From: an uncultured Pelagibacteraceae bacterium
GTDB lineage: Bacteria; Pseudomonadota; Alphaproteobacteria; Pelagibacterales; Pelagibacteraceae
Direction: 5' to 3'
DNA: 64,000 nt
Assembly: GCA_902590625.1 (NCBI GenBank)
Contig: CACIXL010000003.1
Coordinates: 2,294 to 66,293 of the forward strand
The notes under the pieces were generated by a model. The model was not told the origin of the DNA. It saw only the letters and a program-made list of their open reading frames with translations, and made no database searches. This document shows, piece by piece, positions 21,133 to 29,952 of this stretch. Made by a program: the position numbers and the translations under genes. Each line of letters starts with the position of its first letter. Position 1 is the first letter of the stretch.

Positions 21133-22242
21133 TTACTCTTCCTCTTTTTCTGTTTTATCGCTAATTTTTTCGTTAGGTGAAGGATTTCCTTCTAGCTCCT
21201 TACTTATCGCAGCAGCTTGATCTCTAATAATTTTTTCAATCTCTACAGCTACGTTAGGATTTTTTTGTAGGTAAACTTTTGCATTTTCTCTACCTTGACC
21301 AATTTTTTCACCTTTATATGCGTACCAAGCTCCAGATTTTTCTACTACTCCAGCTTTAGTACCTAAGTCAATTAATTCACCTAATTTACTGATACCTTTT
21401 CCGTACATTAAGTCGAATTCAACGACTTTAAATGGTGGTGCAACTTTATTTTTAATTACTTTAACTCTTGTTGAGTTACCAATAATTTGGTCTTTTTCTT
21501 TAATCGCGCCTATTCTTCTAATATCCATTCTTACAGATGAATAAAATTTAAGAGCATTTCCCCCTGATGTCGTCTCAGGATTTCCAAACATCACTCCAAT
21601 TTTCATTCTTATCTGGTTAATGAAGATAACCATAGTATTTGATTTTGATACTGATCCAGTAATTTTTCGTAAAGCTTGACTCATAAGTCTTGATTGTAAG
21701 CCAACATGATGGTCACCCATTTCACCTTCTAATTCAGCTTTTGGTGTTAATGCTGCAACTGAGTCTACAACTAAGACAGAAATAGAACCTGATTTAATTA
21801 ATGTGTCAGTTATTTCTAAAGCTTGTTCACCAGTGTCTGGTTGAGATATTAATAACTCTTCGGTTTTTACTCCAAGTTTTTTTGCATAAACTGGATCCAT
21901 AGCATGCTCAGCATCTACAAAAGCACATATACCACCAGCTTTTTGAGCTTCTGCTACAACTTGTAAAGCTAGCGTAGTTTTTCCTGATGACTCAGGTCCA
22001 TATATCTCAATAATTCTACCTTTTGGTAAGCCCCCTATGCCAAGAGCCAAATCTAAGCTTAATGATCCAGTAGAAATAGCTTCTACATCTAAAGCTTGTT
22101 GTTGGCCTAGTCTCATTACGGAACCTTTACCGAAATTTTGATCTATCTGGCTAATAGCTGCTTCAAGAGATTTATTTTTCTCTTTTAATTCTTTTTGTTT
22201 CTTATCGTCTGATTTTACGATTTTTAAGTTATTTTTAGTCAT
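21133..22242 (-). CDS. recA: recombinase A
   Basis: [42 protein letters not shown]. Confidence 0.99.
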   Translation of the reverse strand: MTKNNLKIVKSDDKKQKELKEKNKSLEAAISQIDQNFGKGSVMRLGQQQALDVEAISTGSLSLDLALGIGGLPKGRIIEIYGPESSGKTTLALQVVAEAQKAGGICAFVDAEHAMDPVYAKKLGVKTEELLISQPDTGEQALEITDTLIKSGSISVLVVDSVAALTPKAELEGEMGDHHVGLQSRLMSQALRKITGSVSKSNTMVIFINQIRMKIGVMFGNPETTSGGNALKFYSSVRMDIRRIGAIKEKDQIIGNSTRVKVIKNKVAPPFKVVEFDLMYGKGISKLGELIDLGTKAGVVEKSGAWYAYKGEKIGQGRENAKVYLQKNPNVAVEIEKIIRDQAAAISKELEGNPSPNEKISDKTEKEEE

Positions 22243-22282
22243 TTTTTATCCTTTTTTTATTGTTCGAATCGTATCTATAAAT

Positions 22283-22297
22283 GTACACATTTTGTTC
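22283..22297 (-). promoter_or_regulatory. alphaproteobacterial LexA (SOS) box
   Basis: Minus strand GAAC-AAAATGT-GTAC fits GAAC-N7-GTAC and overlaps a TTGATA-N16-TACATT promoter-like element upstream of recA. Confidence 0.8.
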
Positions 22298-22334
22298 TTT
22301 TTATCAAGAAGTAAAAAAAATCCAATAAAATGGC

Positions 22335-23624
22335 CTATTTAATTAAATTAATAGATAATGAACCAAGCTCTTTAGAGAGCTCAAATTGCGATACGATAAA
22401 GTCTCTTTCTGATCTAGCGAAATCTATTCTGGCATCTAAAAGAAGGCTTCTAGATTGAATTAATTCAAGGGTGGTTCTTGTGTTACCAGAGTCATATTCT
22501 AAAGTGATGCCTTCATTTGCTATTTCAGCGGCTTTTAATTGTGCTCTAGTTGCCTCAAGTATGCTTTTAAAAGACTGATATTTTGACCAAGCATTTGAAA
22601 TTTTAGTATTAATTCTATTTTTAGTATCTTGCATAATTAATTGATTTCTCTGTTTATTATATGAGAATTTCTTAATAGTTGAGATATTTTCACCTCCTTT
22701 AATAATAGGCCAAGTTATAGTTGCTTTGACGGTTTCTTGATCAGTGTTATCTATAGTTGAGCTAAAATCATCATTTTTAGATTTCGAGTAATTTAATGAT
22801 GCCGATGGAGAGAGTCTTGATCTTTCAATATTTAAGTCTTTAACGGCTATTTCATAGTCTAATTTTGAAATTAAAAGATCTATATTATTTGTATCAGCTA
22901 AACTAAGAGACTCTTCTAGAGAATTTGGTAAAATTAACAGTGCCTTTTCTTTTAATTTTTTTGTATCCGGTGATTTTTCTCTTGTAACTCTCTCAAAATT
23001 CGTCTTTGAAGCTAAAAGTTCAGTTTTAGCTTTTATTAAATTAGCTCTTGCTCCAGCTAAAGAAGACTCTGACTGAGCTAAATCAGTTAAACTAATTTCT
23101 CCTTTTTGAAGTCTAGCATTATCTGAATCTACCTGTCTTTCAAATAAATTTACATTGGATGAGTTAAATTCTTCATTTTTTGATTTAAAAATTAAATCGA
23201 AATAAGCTGAAGTAACATCTAATATAGTTTGTTGTTCAACTTTTTTAAGAGATAAGTTGGCTTTTTGAGTTTCAAGTTCAGATTTTTTAAATGTATTAAA
23301 TCCTTTGAAACCAGAAAAAATTTTTTGTTCAACCGATATTTTTTTACTCTCTGAGTCTAAATTTGAGTCTGCTAGACTTGCTCCGCTTTGATTGGTTCGA
23401 TTAGTTGAGGTAGTACTTGTTTGATCCCCTGACAGTGTTATACTTGGTAGAAACTCACTTCTAGAAATATTTTTACTTTGTTTCACAGATTCAAAATTTT
23501 TTCTTTCAGCATTTAATTGTAAATTATTTTCTAAGGCTTTCTCAATATAAAATTTAAGATTATCTTGAGCATGTAGAAAGCTCGAATAAAATAATATTAA
23601 AATTAAAGGTAAATATTTTTTCAT
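22335..23624 (-). CDS. TolC family outer membrane protein
   Basis: Signal peptide; AL.NN..L.A, F.PSI.L, AYFDL, EY..G.RTT.E..Q motifs. Confidence 0.88.
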   Translation of the reverse strand: MKKYLPLILILFYSSFLHAQDNLKFYIEKALENNLQLNAERKNFESVKQSKNISRSEFLPSITLSGDQTSTTSTNRTNQSGASLADSNLDSESKKISVEQKIFSGFKGFNTFKKSELETQKANLSLKKVEQQTILDVTSAYFDLIFKSKNEEFNSSNVNLFERQVDSDNARLQKGEISLTDLAQSESSLAGARANLIKAKTELLASKTNFERVTREKSPDTKKLKEKALLILPNSLEESLSLADTNNIDLLISKLDYEIAVKDLNIERSRLSPSASLNYSKSKNDDFSSTIDNTDQETVKATITWPIIKGGENISTIKKFSYNKQRNQLIMQDTKNRINTKISNAWSKYQSFKSILEATRAQLKAAEIANEGITLEYDSGNTRTTLELIQSRSLLLDARIDFARSERDFIVSQFELSKELGSLSINLIK

Positions 23625-24542
23625 TTAATTAAACTTTATTGATTTGAGTCTATGTTTTTTATCAATACTTATCACAGTGTCTGCTGTTTTTGGAAGAGTT
23701 TTTAACATATGTTTAGTTATCCTCTCGTAATACATCACAAAATTTTCTACTTGCTTATCATTCATAGTTTTATTTCCCTTGCCTGTAATTCTTAATTTTT
23801 TTTCTTGTAACAATCTCCATCTAAAAACATATTTAAAACTTGGTACCTTTAAAAAAATCAACTTATCAATTAAATTAAAAATTTTATTATAATCTTTTTT
23901 AAGTTCTGAATTTACTTTTTGTCGCCAAATTCTTTTATTATCTCTCTGCTTTTCTAATTTATTTACAGGAAAATTTAAATCTTTATTTTTTTGTGCTGTT
24001 GCACCAACACACCACCCTTCAAAGATAACTATATTTGGTTTTTTTTTAACTTTTAACCATTTATTTTTTTTGCATCTATCATCAATAGATTTGTCAAATT
24101 TAGGAATAATCATTTTTTTGAAATTGTTTTTTTTTAAATTATTTATACATTGAAACAGCATTTTCGTATCATGAGTGCCAGGCACACCTCTTGTAATAAA
24201 TAATTTGCTGATTTTTTTTGAAATTTTTTTTCTCTCATTTAAAGTTTTATAAAAATCATCAATTGAAAATATTACTGTTTCTAATTTATAAGCCTCTTTT
24301 AATATTATTTTCAAGATATTTGAAATTGTTGATTTTCCTGTCCCTTGGCCTCCAGTTAAACCAATTACTTTTGTTTTTTTTTTCTTTAGATAATCTTTTG
24401 AAATCATTTTGCTTATGGGTAAATAAAACTTAATTAATTGCCCTAATTTATCTCTAAATGGTTCGGACATAACCTCTTGTGAAGTGAGAAATTTTAAATA
24501 TTTTTTTTTTACTTTGTTGTAATTAAAAAGTTTATCTTCCAT
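23625..24542 (-). CDS. P-loop kinase of the GLYK-type glycerate 3-kinase / uridine kinase superfamily
   Basis: GGQGTGKST, SIDDFY, TRGVPGTHD, PKFDKSIDDR, IFEGWCVG, WR..QE. Confidence 0.75.
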   Translation of the reverse strand: MEDKLFNYNKVKKKYLKFLTSQEVMSEPFRDKLGQLIKFYLPISKMISKDYLKKKKTKVIGLTGGQGTGKSTISNILKIILKEAYKLETVIFSIDDFYKTLNERKKISKKISKLFITRGVPGTHDTKMLFQCINNLKKNNFKKMIIPKFDKSIDDRCKKNKWLKVKKKPNIVIFEGWCVGATAQKNKDLNFPVNKLEKQRDNKRIWRQKVNSELKKDYNKIFNLIDKLIFLKVPSFKYVFRWRLLQEKKLRITGKGNKTMNDKQVENFVMYYERITKHMLKTLPKTADTVISIDKKHRLKSIKFN

Positions 24543-24546
24543 TTTT

Positions 24547-24909
24547 TCATTTTTTATCTAATGGATGATTGTGACCGTCATTAACTGCAATATTTTTTAG
24601 ATCAAAAGTGTTTATTTCATCTATGCAACCTAAATTAAAACCTGTCATTGCAGGATTCGATCTAGGGTTATGATGTGTGTAAATTCCACATACTGAACAA
24701 AAATAGTGTTTAGCAACTTTTGTATGGAATTGATAAAGTTTTAGTTTATCTTCCCCTTTAACTATTTTAAAATCCTCATTCTTTACCATGGACATTACTG
24801 CTCCTTTTCTTTTACAAATTGAGCAGTTACATCGTAAAATTTTTTCCAAATTATCTGGGAAGTTTATTTTTGCTTCTATCGCACCACAATGACATTTTAA
24901 TATTTTCAT
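24547..24909 (-). CDS. GFA/CENP-V family zinc protein
   Basis: CHCG...CNCSIC...HYFCSVCG; ATG at 24909 (MKILKCHC) preferred. Confidence 0.88.
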   Translation of the reverse strand: MKILKCHCGAIEAKINFPDNLEKILRCNCSICKRKGAVMSMVKNEDFKIVKGEDKLKLYQFHTKVAKHYFCSVCGIYTHHNPRSNPAMTGFNLGCIDEINTFDLKNIAVNDGHNHPLDKK

Positions 24910-24956
24910 ATTACTGGTTTGTTTTTTAAAAAATTTAACATTACGCAAATTAGGTC

Positions 24957-24965
24957 TTATCCACA
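24957..24965 (+). promoter_or_regulatory. consensus DnaA box
   Basis: TTATCCACA in an intergenic region. Confidence 0.55.
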
Positions 24966-25040
24966 ATACATCAAAATCTGAGGAAAATGTTCACGTTTTG
25001 ATTCCTTTTTGATTCCATTTGAGACTCTTATTGCAACTCA

Positions 25041-25913
25041 CTAGTGTGTAATCTTTTTAATGCTATCAAGATTATTATGGCTATTTAGTAAATCTTTTTC
25101 CTTTTCTCTTAAGGAAACAATAAAAATTATTATGTTAAAAATCACAATTAAAATTTGAAAAAATATAGTGAGCCCCCCTAAATATGAATTTAAATATGCC
25201 AATACGATTATCATCAATGTTGATCTAAAAAATACATTGTATTTAAAAACAGCAATAATTGAGAATGAATGAATTATTAATTTAAATAAAGACATTTTAG
25301 ATGGACCAAAATATCTCAATCCTCTAGTTGAATTTATTTCTTGTAAAGACTTTATGTTTTTTTTAACACTGCCTGAAAAACTGCTCCACAAACTAGCTTT
25401 AGAATGTAGTTTTTCTACATCGTTTCTTGTGAGTATGCTGTAATTTCCAAAGTTAATATTTTGTCCAGTGAATATAAAAGTAATAAGTTTATGTAATTGA
25501 TATAAAGATTGAAAAAAAGGACCTTCTGATCTTTTAATTCTTTTTGCTACGACTGATAAATTTGGATTTTCTTTTATCTTTTGAACTAAACTTTTAATTT
25601 CTTCAGGTCTATCCTCTCCATCACCATCCATTAAAATTAGATTATCAAATTTTTTATTTTGGTAAATGTACCTAATACCAAATGCATTACACCTAGCATG
25701 ACCTCTGTTCTCGCTCATATTTAATAGTTCTACTGACTCAAAATTACTAAGTTTAATTAATTCTGGTGGTTGAGAAGTTGAGGCATCATTAACAATCAAA
25801 CATTCAAAGTTAATGTCATTAAAAAATTCAATATTTTCATTAATCTTAATAAGGAGTTTATTTAATGACTCCCAGTCATTGTACACAGGTATTAAAATAA
25901 TTATTTTTTTCAT
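25041..25913 (-). CDS. family 2 glycosyltransferase, polyprenol-phosphate type
   Basis: IPVYND, VND.S, N.GH, MDGDGED.P, C-terminal TM pair; ATGA overlap at 25913. Confidence 0.85.
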   Translation of the reverse strand: MKKIIILIPVYNDWESLNKLLIKINENIEFFNDINFECLIVNDASTSQPPELIKLSNFESVELLNMSENRGHARCNAFGIRYIYQNKKFDNLILMDGDGEDRPEEIKSLVQKIKENPNLSVVAKRIKRSEGPFFQSLYQLHKLITFIFTGQNINFGNYSILTRNDVEKLHSKASLWSSFSGSVKKNIKSLQEINSTRGLRYFGPSKMSLFKLIIHSFSIIAVFKYNVFFRSTLMIIVLAYLNSYLGGLTIFFQILIVIFNIIIFIVSLREKEKDLLNSHNNLDSIKKITH

Positions 25914-27283
25914 CTTTTTCCTATCATGCAATAACCAACTGGTTTAATTATGCCAAAAACACCAGGACAAATTTTTTTTAAAATTTTTGGATTACCTGTA
26001 TAAATAACGCCTTCATCTTCTGTAATATTTTCAGTTTTATTTTTAAGATCATTCACCCAAATAGGCCTTGAATATAAATGATAGGATAAATTACCTGCAT
26101 ACCATTCATCTCCAATAACAATTTTTATTTCATTAGTAAAATTATCATCCCATTTATTTTGAACTAATCTGCCAATTTCTTTACCTGGAAAATCAGTCCT
26201 TTTTGTATTATCTGTTAAAGAAACTGCTAAGTAAACAAAGGGTGACAAAATGAAAAAAAATAAAAATGTATAGTAAAATCTCTTCAATCTTTTAGTATCA
26301 ATCGAATTTTTAAAAATAAACAAAAATAAAGTTCCAAAAAATAAATAAAAAGGTGTCATCCACATTGTTCTTATTTTTGCCCCTAATAATAATGATGTAG
26401 TTAGCATTAATAAAATTGGAATTAGATTGATAAAAAGGAGAAAACGAATTTCTTTATTTTGTGTGTTTACCTTTAATTTTAGTTTTTTTAAGATTGTTAA
26501 AATCATAAAAAAAAACGGTATTAATATAACTATTTGCTTCAACAAAAGTTCTAAAGGATATTTTAAATGATTAAATATACTAAATTCTGAAATTCCTGAT
26601 CTGTTTAAGCCGTAAAAAATTGTTACAAAATTATTTTCAAATAGCCAAATTAAATGTGGAATAATTAAAATTAAAGAAATTAAGATTGATAAAAAATAGC
26701 CTTTTAAAGATTTTTTATATTTTTTAAAATTAAAAATAAAAAAAATAAGTAATGCTATTAATATATAAATAAATAGGTATTTCGATAAAAAACCTAAAGC
26801 AGAAAAAACACCAAATAATGTCCAATCTATAAATTTGTTTAAATTTATTCCCTTCCAGAAAAAATATACTGATAGCGCCCAGAACGGTAGTTGGCTCACA
26901 TTTACATTAAATTCTGGAGTTGTAAAATTATAAAAATAAATTCCTGCAAGTAATAAAACTGATAATAAAGAATGTGTTTTATCCTCTAATACCTCATTAG
27001 AAAACTTCCAAACAATAAAAAAAGAAATTAAAACGAAAATTTGGCTTAAAAGATAGTAAGCCCAATCATTATTGCCAAATACCTTAAAAAAAATTTCTAC
27101 AGCAAATGCACTAAAAGGTGGATGTTTGCTAAAACCCCAATCTAGATTGCTACCCCAAGCTAAAGCCTCAATTGTATCTAATGGTAAATTTGTATTTGAT
27201 AATGATGGTATTAGTGTCCACAGTAATAAATGTGAAAAAAGAAATAAATATAATGCTTTATTAATGTTTTTTTTAAGTATCAT
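25910..27283 (-). CDS. GT-C (PMT_2 / ArnT / Rgt-like) integral membrane glycosyltransferase
   Basis: D..E..AWG..LDWG..KHPP, FLSKY, PHL.W, many TM helices. Confidence 0.8.
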   Translation of the reverse strand: MILKKNINKALYLFLFSHLLLWTLIPSLSNTNLPLDTIEALAWGSNLDWGFSKHPPFSAFAVEIFFKVFGNNDWAYYLLSQIFVLISFFIVWKFSNEVLEDKTHSLLSVLLLAGIYFYNFTTPEFNVNVSQLPFWALSVYFFWKGINLNKFIDWTLFGVFSALGFLSKYLFIYILIALLIFFIFNFKKYKKSLKGYFLSILISLILIIPHLIWLFENNFVTIFYGLNRSGISEFSIFNHLKYPLELLLKQIVILIPFFFMILTILKKLKLKVNTQNKEIRFLLFINLIPILLMLTTSLLLGAKIRTMWMTPFYLFFGTLFLFIFKNSIDTKRLKRFYYTFLFFFILSPFVYLAVSLTDNTKRTDFPGKEIGRLVQNKWDDNFTNEIKIVIGDEWYAGNLSYHLYSRPIWVNDLKNKTENITEDEGVIYTGNPKILKKICPGVFGIIKPVGYCMIGKR

Positions 27284-27315
27284 TTTTATATCAAATTATT
27301 ACAATTTATAAGCTA

Positions 27316-27343
27316 TTGACACGACTAAAATCAAACATATACT
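27316..27343 (+). promoter_or_regulatory. sigma70 promoter of dksA
   Basis: TTGACA-N16-TATACT followed by CCCC. Confidence 0.7.
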
Positions 27344-27358
27344 CCCCAAATTCAAAAA

Positions 27359-27784
27359 ATGTTAAAAAAAACCTCTGCTAAAAAAAAATACCAACCAAGT
27401 TCTAAGGAAAAATATATGTGTGCTAAGCACAAAAAATTTTTTACAGAAGAGCTTTTAAACTGGAAAAGGGAAATTATAAAAGCTAATAATCTTGGAAACT
27501 TGCTTAATTCTTCTGATGACAATGTTTCATCTGCCGATATCGTTGATCAAGCCTCATCTTACACGGACAAATCAGTAGAAATGAAAGCTTTAAACAGAAG
27601 TAGAAAGTTAATTTCTAAAATTAATTCAGCATTACAAAGAATTAAGGAGGGAACTTATGGTTTTTGTGAAGAGACAGGTGAACCTATAGGATTAAAAAGA
27701 CTTATGGCTAGACCCGTTGCTACTTTATCCATCGAAGCTCAAGAAAGACACGAGAGAGACGAAAAAATATTTGTAGACGATTAA
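27359..27784 (+). CDS. dksA: RNA polymerase-binding protein DksA
   Basis: DIVDQA coiled-coil tip; GTYGFCEETGEPIGLKRLMARP.ATLSIEAQE. Confidence 0.95.
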   Translation: MLKKTSAKKKYQPSSKEKYMCAKHKKFFTEELLNWKREIIKANNLGNLLNSSDDNVSSADIVDQASSYTDKSVEMKALNRSRKLISKINSALQRIKEGTYGFCEETGEPIGLKRLMARPVATLSIEAQERHERDEKIFVDD

Positions 27785-28407
27785 ACTTCTGGTATTTTTT
27801 CACCTTTGTTTAAAAGATCATACCCTATTTGAACTGCTTCCCTTTCAGAGATTTCTTTATACCACCTAGCTAAACCTTTAAATTTTTTAAGCCCAATATC
27901 GTGCCACTCATGTCGAGCAATCCAGGGAAATGTTGCTATATCGGCTATAGTATAATCTTTTCCAGCTAAAAATTCTGACTGAGATAATCGTTCATCAAGC
28001 TCTTTGTAAATCCTTTCTGAGATTTTAAAATATCTACTTTCACCAAATTCACTTTTTCCGGGGTTATAATGATGAAATTGGTGATGTTGACCTAACATTG
28101 GTCCTATATAGGCCATTTGACCCATAAGCCATTGATTGATAGTTGTTCTTTGATTTTTGTCATAAAACTTTCCGCTTTTTTCGCCTAAATAAATTAATAT
28201 TGCACCAGACTCGAATAAACTTATTTTTTTATCATGGTCAATTATTACTGGAATTTTACTAAAGGGACTTAATTTTTTAAATTCTGGTTTAAACTGTTCA
28301 TCTTTTAAAATATTTATTTTAGTAACTTTGTAATCAAATTTAATTTCCTCTAGCATTATAGATATTTTCTTACCGTTAGGAGTATCGGCGGTAAGCAACT
28401 CAATCAC
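27781..28407 (-). CDS. glutathione S-transferase, YfcG/YghU-like
   Basis: TPNG.K, KIPVI.D, FESGAILIYL, GPMLGQ, YTIADIA. Confidence 0.92.
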   Translation of the reverse strand: MIELLTADTPNGKKISIMLEEIKFDYKVTKINILKDEQFKPEFKKLSPFSKIPVIIDHDKKISLFESGAILIYLGEKSGKFYDKNQRTTINQWLMGQMAYIGPMLGQHHQFHHYNPGKSEFGESRYFKISERIYKELDERLSQSEFLAGKDYTIADIATFPWIARHEWHDIGLKKFKGLARWYKEISEREAVQIGYDLLNKGEKIPEV

Positions 28408-29417
28408 TTTTTACCAAGCCTATCTTGAATTGTTTTAGATGATGTAGTGAATTCAAATCTGTATTTTTCATTAGGTCTTGCTCTTTTAAAACACTCGACA
28501 GAGGCAAGGGCTACTTCGTGAAATCCTGATAGAATTAATTTTAATTTACCTGGATAGCTACAAATATCGCCAGCAGCAAATATTCCTTTTTTATTAGTTT
28601 CGAAATTCTCTGGATTAACCTCAATAGTTTTTTTATTCATATTCAAACCCCACTCCGCAATCGGCCCTAGTTTCATAATTAATCCAAAAAAACCAAGAAT
28701 AACATCGGTAGGAATTTTTTCAATTTTTCCATCATCATATTTAATAGTTATTGATTTTAATTCTTTTTTGCTCTCTAGAGACTCTATTTGGCAAGGAGTT
28801 TTTATAGAAACCTTCCCTTCCTGTTCTAATTTTCTTATTTCTGACAATGTATGTTGTGCACCTCTAAATTCGTTTCTTCTATGAATTAATGTTATTTTTG
28901 AAAATTTTGAAAGTTCTAAAGCCCAATCTAAAGCTGAGTCACCGCCTCCAAAAATTGAAATATTCTTATTCTTAAAATTATCTTTATTTCTGACTGCATA
29001 AAATACAGACTTACCCTCGAATTTTTCACATTCTTTTAAAGAAATTTTTCTAGGTTCGAAGGAACCTACTCCGCCGGCAATTATTATGTTGGGAGCTATA
29101 AACTCTTCTTTGTTATTTGTTTTTATAATCCAATTCTCTTTTTCAGAATGAACTTCCTCAACTCTTTCATTGAGATATAATTCAGTTTTAAAAGGTTTTA
29201 TTTGTTCCAGTAATCTTTTGGTAAGCTCCTCACCAGTGCACTCGGGTACTGCAGGGATATCGTAGATTGGTTTATCCGGATACAATTCAATACATTGCCC
29301 ACCTGCTTTATCTAGATTATCTACGACAACAGCTTTAAGACCTTTTATACCCAATTGATGAACAGCGAAAAGACCAACTGGTCCAGCTCCAATTATAATT
29401 ACATCTGTTTTTTTCAT
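28404..29417 (-). CDS. thioredoxin-reductase-type ferredoxin--NADP+ reductase
   Basis: GAGPVG, GGQC.ELYP.KPIYDIP, GGGDSA.DWA, YPGKLKLIL.GF.E; no CXXC; TGATG overlap with the ferredoxin. Confidence 0.9.
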   Translation of the reverse strand: MKKTDVIIIGAGPVGLFAVHQLGIKGLKAVVVDNLDKAGGQCIELYPDKPIYDIPAVPECTGEELTKRLLEQIKPFKTELYLNERVEEVHSEKENWIIKTNNKEEFIAPNIIIAGGVGSFEPRKISLKECEKFEGKSVFYAVRNKDNFKNKNISIFGGGDSALDWALELSKFSKITLIHRRNEFRGAQHTLSEIRKLEQEGKVSIKTPCQIESLESKKELKSITIKYDDGKIEKIPTDVILGFFGLIMKLGPIAEWGLNMNKKTIEVNPENFETNKKGIFAAGDICSYPGKLKLILSGFHEVALASVECFKRARPNEKYRFEFTTSSKTIQDRLGKK

Positions 29418-29737
29418 CAAGATTGCTTTTCTGGTGTCGTAACTTCTAAACCGTCTAATTCATCGCTTACAATTATTTGACAGCTCAATCTACTATTTTT
29501 TTTTGGCTCATAAGCCATATCAATCATATCTACTTCTGCATCTTCTGCTTTTGGTAGTTTATTAAACCAGTTTTCTTCGACATAAACATGGCAAGTTGCA
29601 CAAGCCATTGCTCCGCCACAATCAGCGTCAATACCTGGGATATCATTTTGGATCGCTCCCTCCATTACAGAAAGGCCTTTTTCTACCTCTATAGTTTTAG
29701 AGTTCCCTTGATTATCCTTGTAAGTTATTTTTGCCAT
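29417..29737 (-). CDS. [2Fe-2S] ferredoxin, adrenodoxin type
   Basis: CGGAMACATCHV...SRLSCQ. Confidence 0.95.
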   Translation of the reverse strand: MAKITYKDNQGNSKTIEVEKGLSVMEGAIQNDIPGIDADCGGAMACATCHVYVEENWFNKLPKAEDAEVDMIDMAYEPKKNSRLSCQIIVSDELDGLEVTTPEKQS

Positions 29738-29740
29738 GAA

Positions 29741-29875
29741 TTAATAATAAGCCAAGTAAATTGAGATTATAACTACCCAAAAAAAAGCATAATATAAAAT
29801 GTATCCTTTAACTGTAAAGGGCATCTTTTTAATTTTTCTTTTTCTTTTGCCTTTATAAGGTTTTGATAATTCCAT
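29741..29875 (-). CDS. 44-aa putative membrane microprotein (below ORF-track cut-off)
   Basis: Hand translation MELSKPYKGKRKRKIKKMPFTVKGYILYYAFFWVVIISIYLAYY*; fills the gap and stops 3 nt before the ferredoxin ATG. Confidence 0.7.
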   Translation of the reverse strand: MELSKPYKGKRKRKIKKMPFTVKGYILYYAFFWVVIISIYLAYY

Positions 29876-29900
29876 TAATAAGAATATAAGTATCTAAAGA

Positions 29901-29939
29901 AAAAGGGCAAGTACGCAAAACGTACCCGCCCTTTTTTTT
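29901..29939 (-). terminator. Rho-independent terminator of the proteorhodopsin gene
   Basis: Minus strand GGGCGGGTACG-TTTTG-CGTACTTGCCC-TTTTTCTTT; two G.U pairs form only on the minus strand. Confidence 0.9.
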
Positions 29940-29952
29940 AAATTAATATCTA

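Noticed and set aside
24910-24966. N-terminal extension of the GFA ORF (start 24966)
   Set aside because: The family domain begins at MKILKCHC (24909); the extension runs over the DnaA box and looks non-coding
24971-25018. 15-codon minus-strand ORF MESKRNQNVNIFLRF
   Set aside because: Too short, no SD and no informative composition; not distinguishable from chance
24910-25040. Calling this spacer oriC outright
   Set aside because: Only one consensus DnaA box, no switch in gene orientation, and no usual origin neighbours (hemE, parAB, dnaA); kept only as a finding
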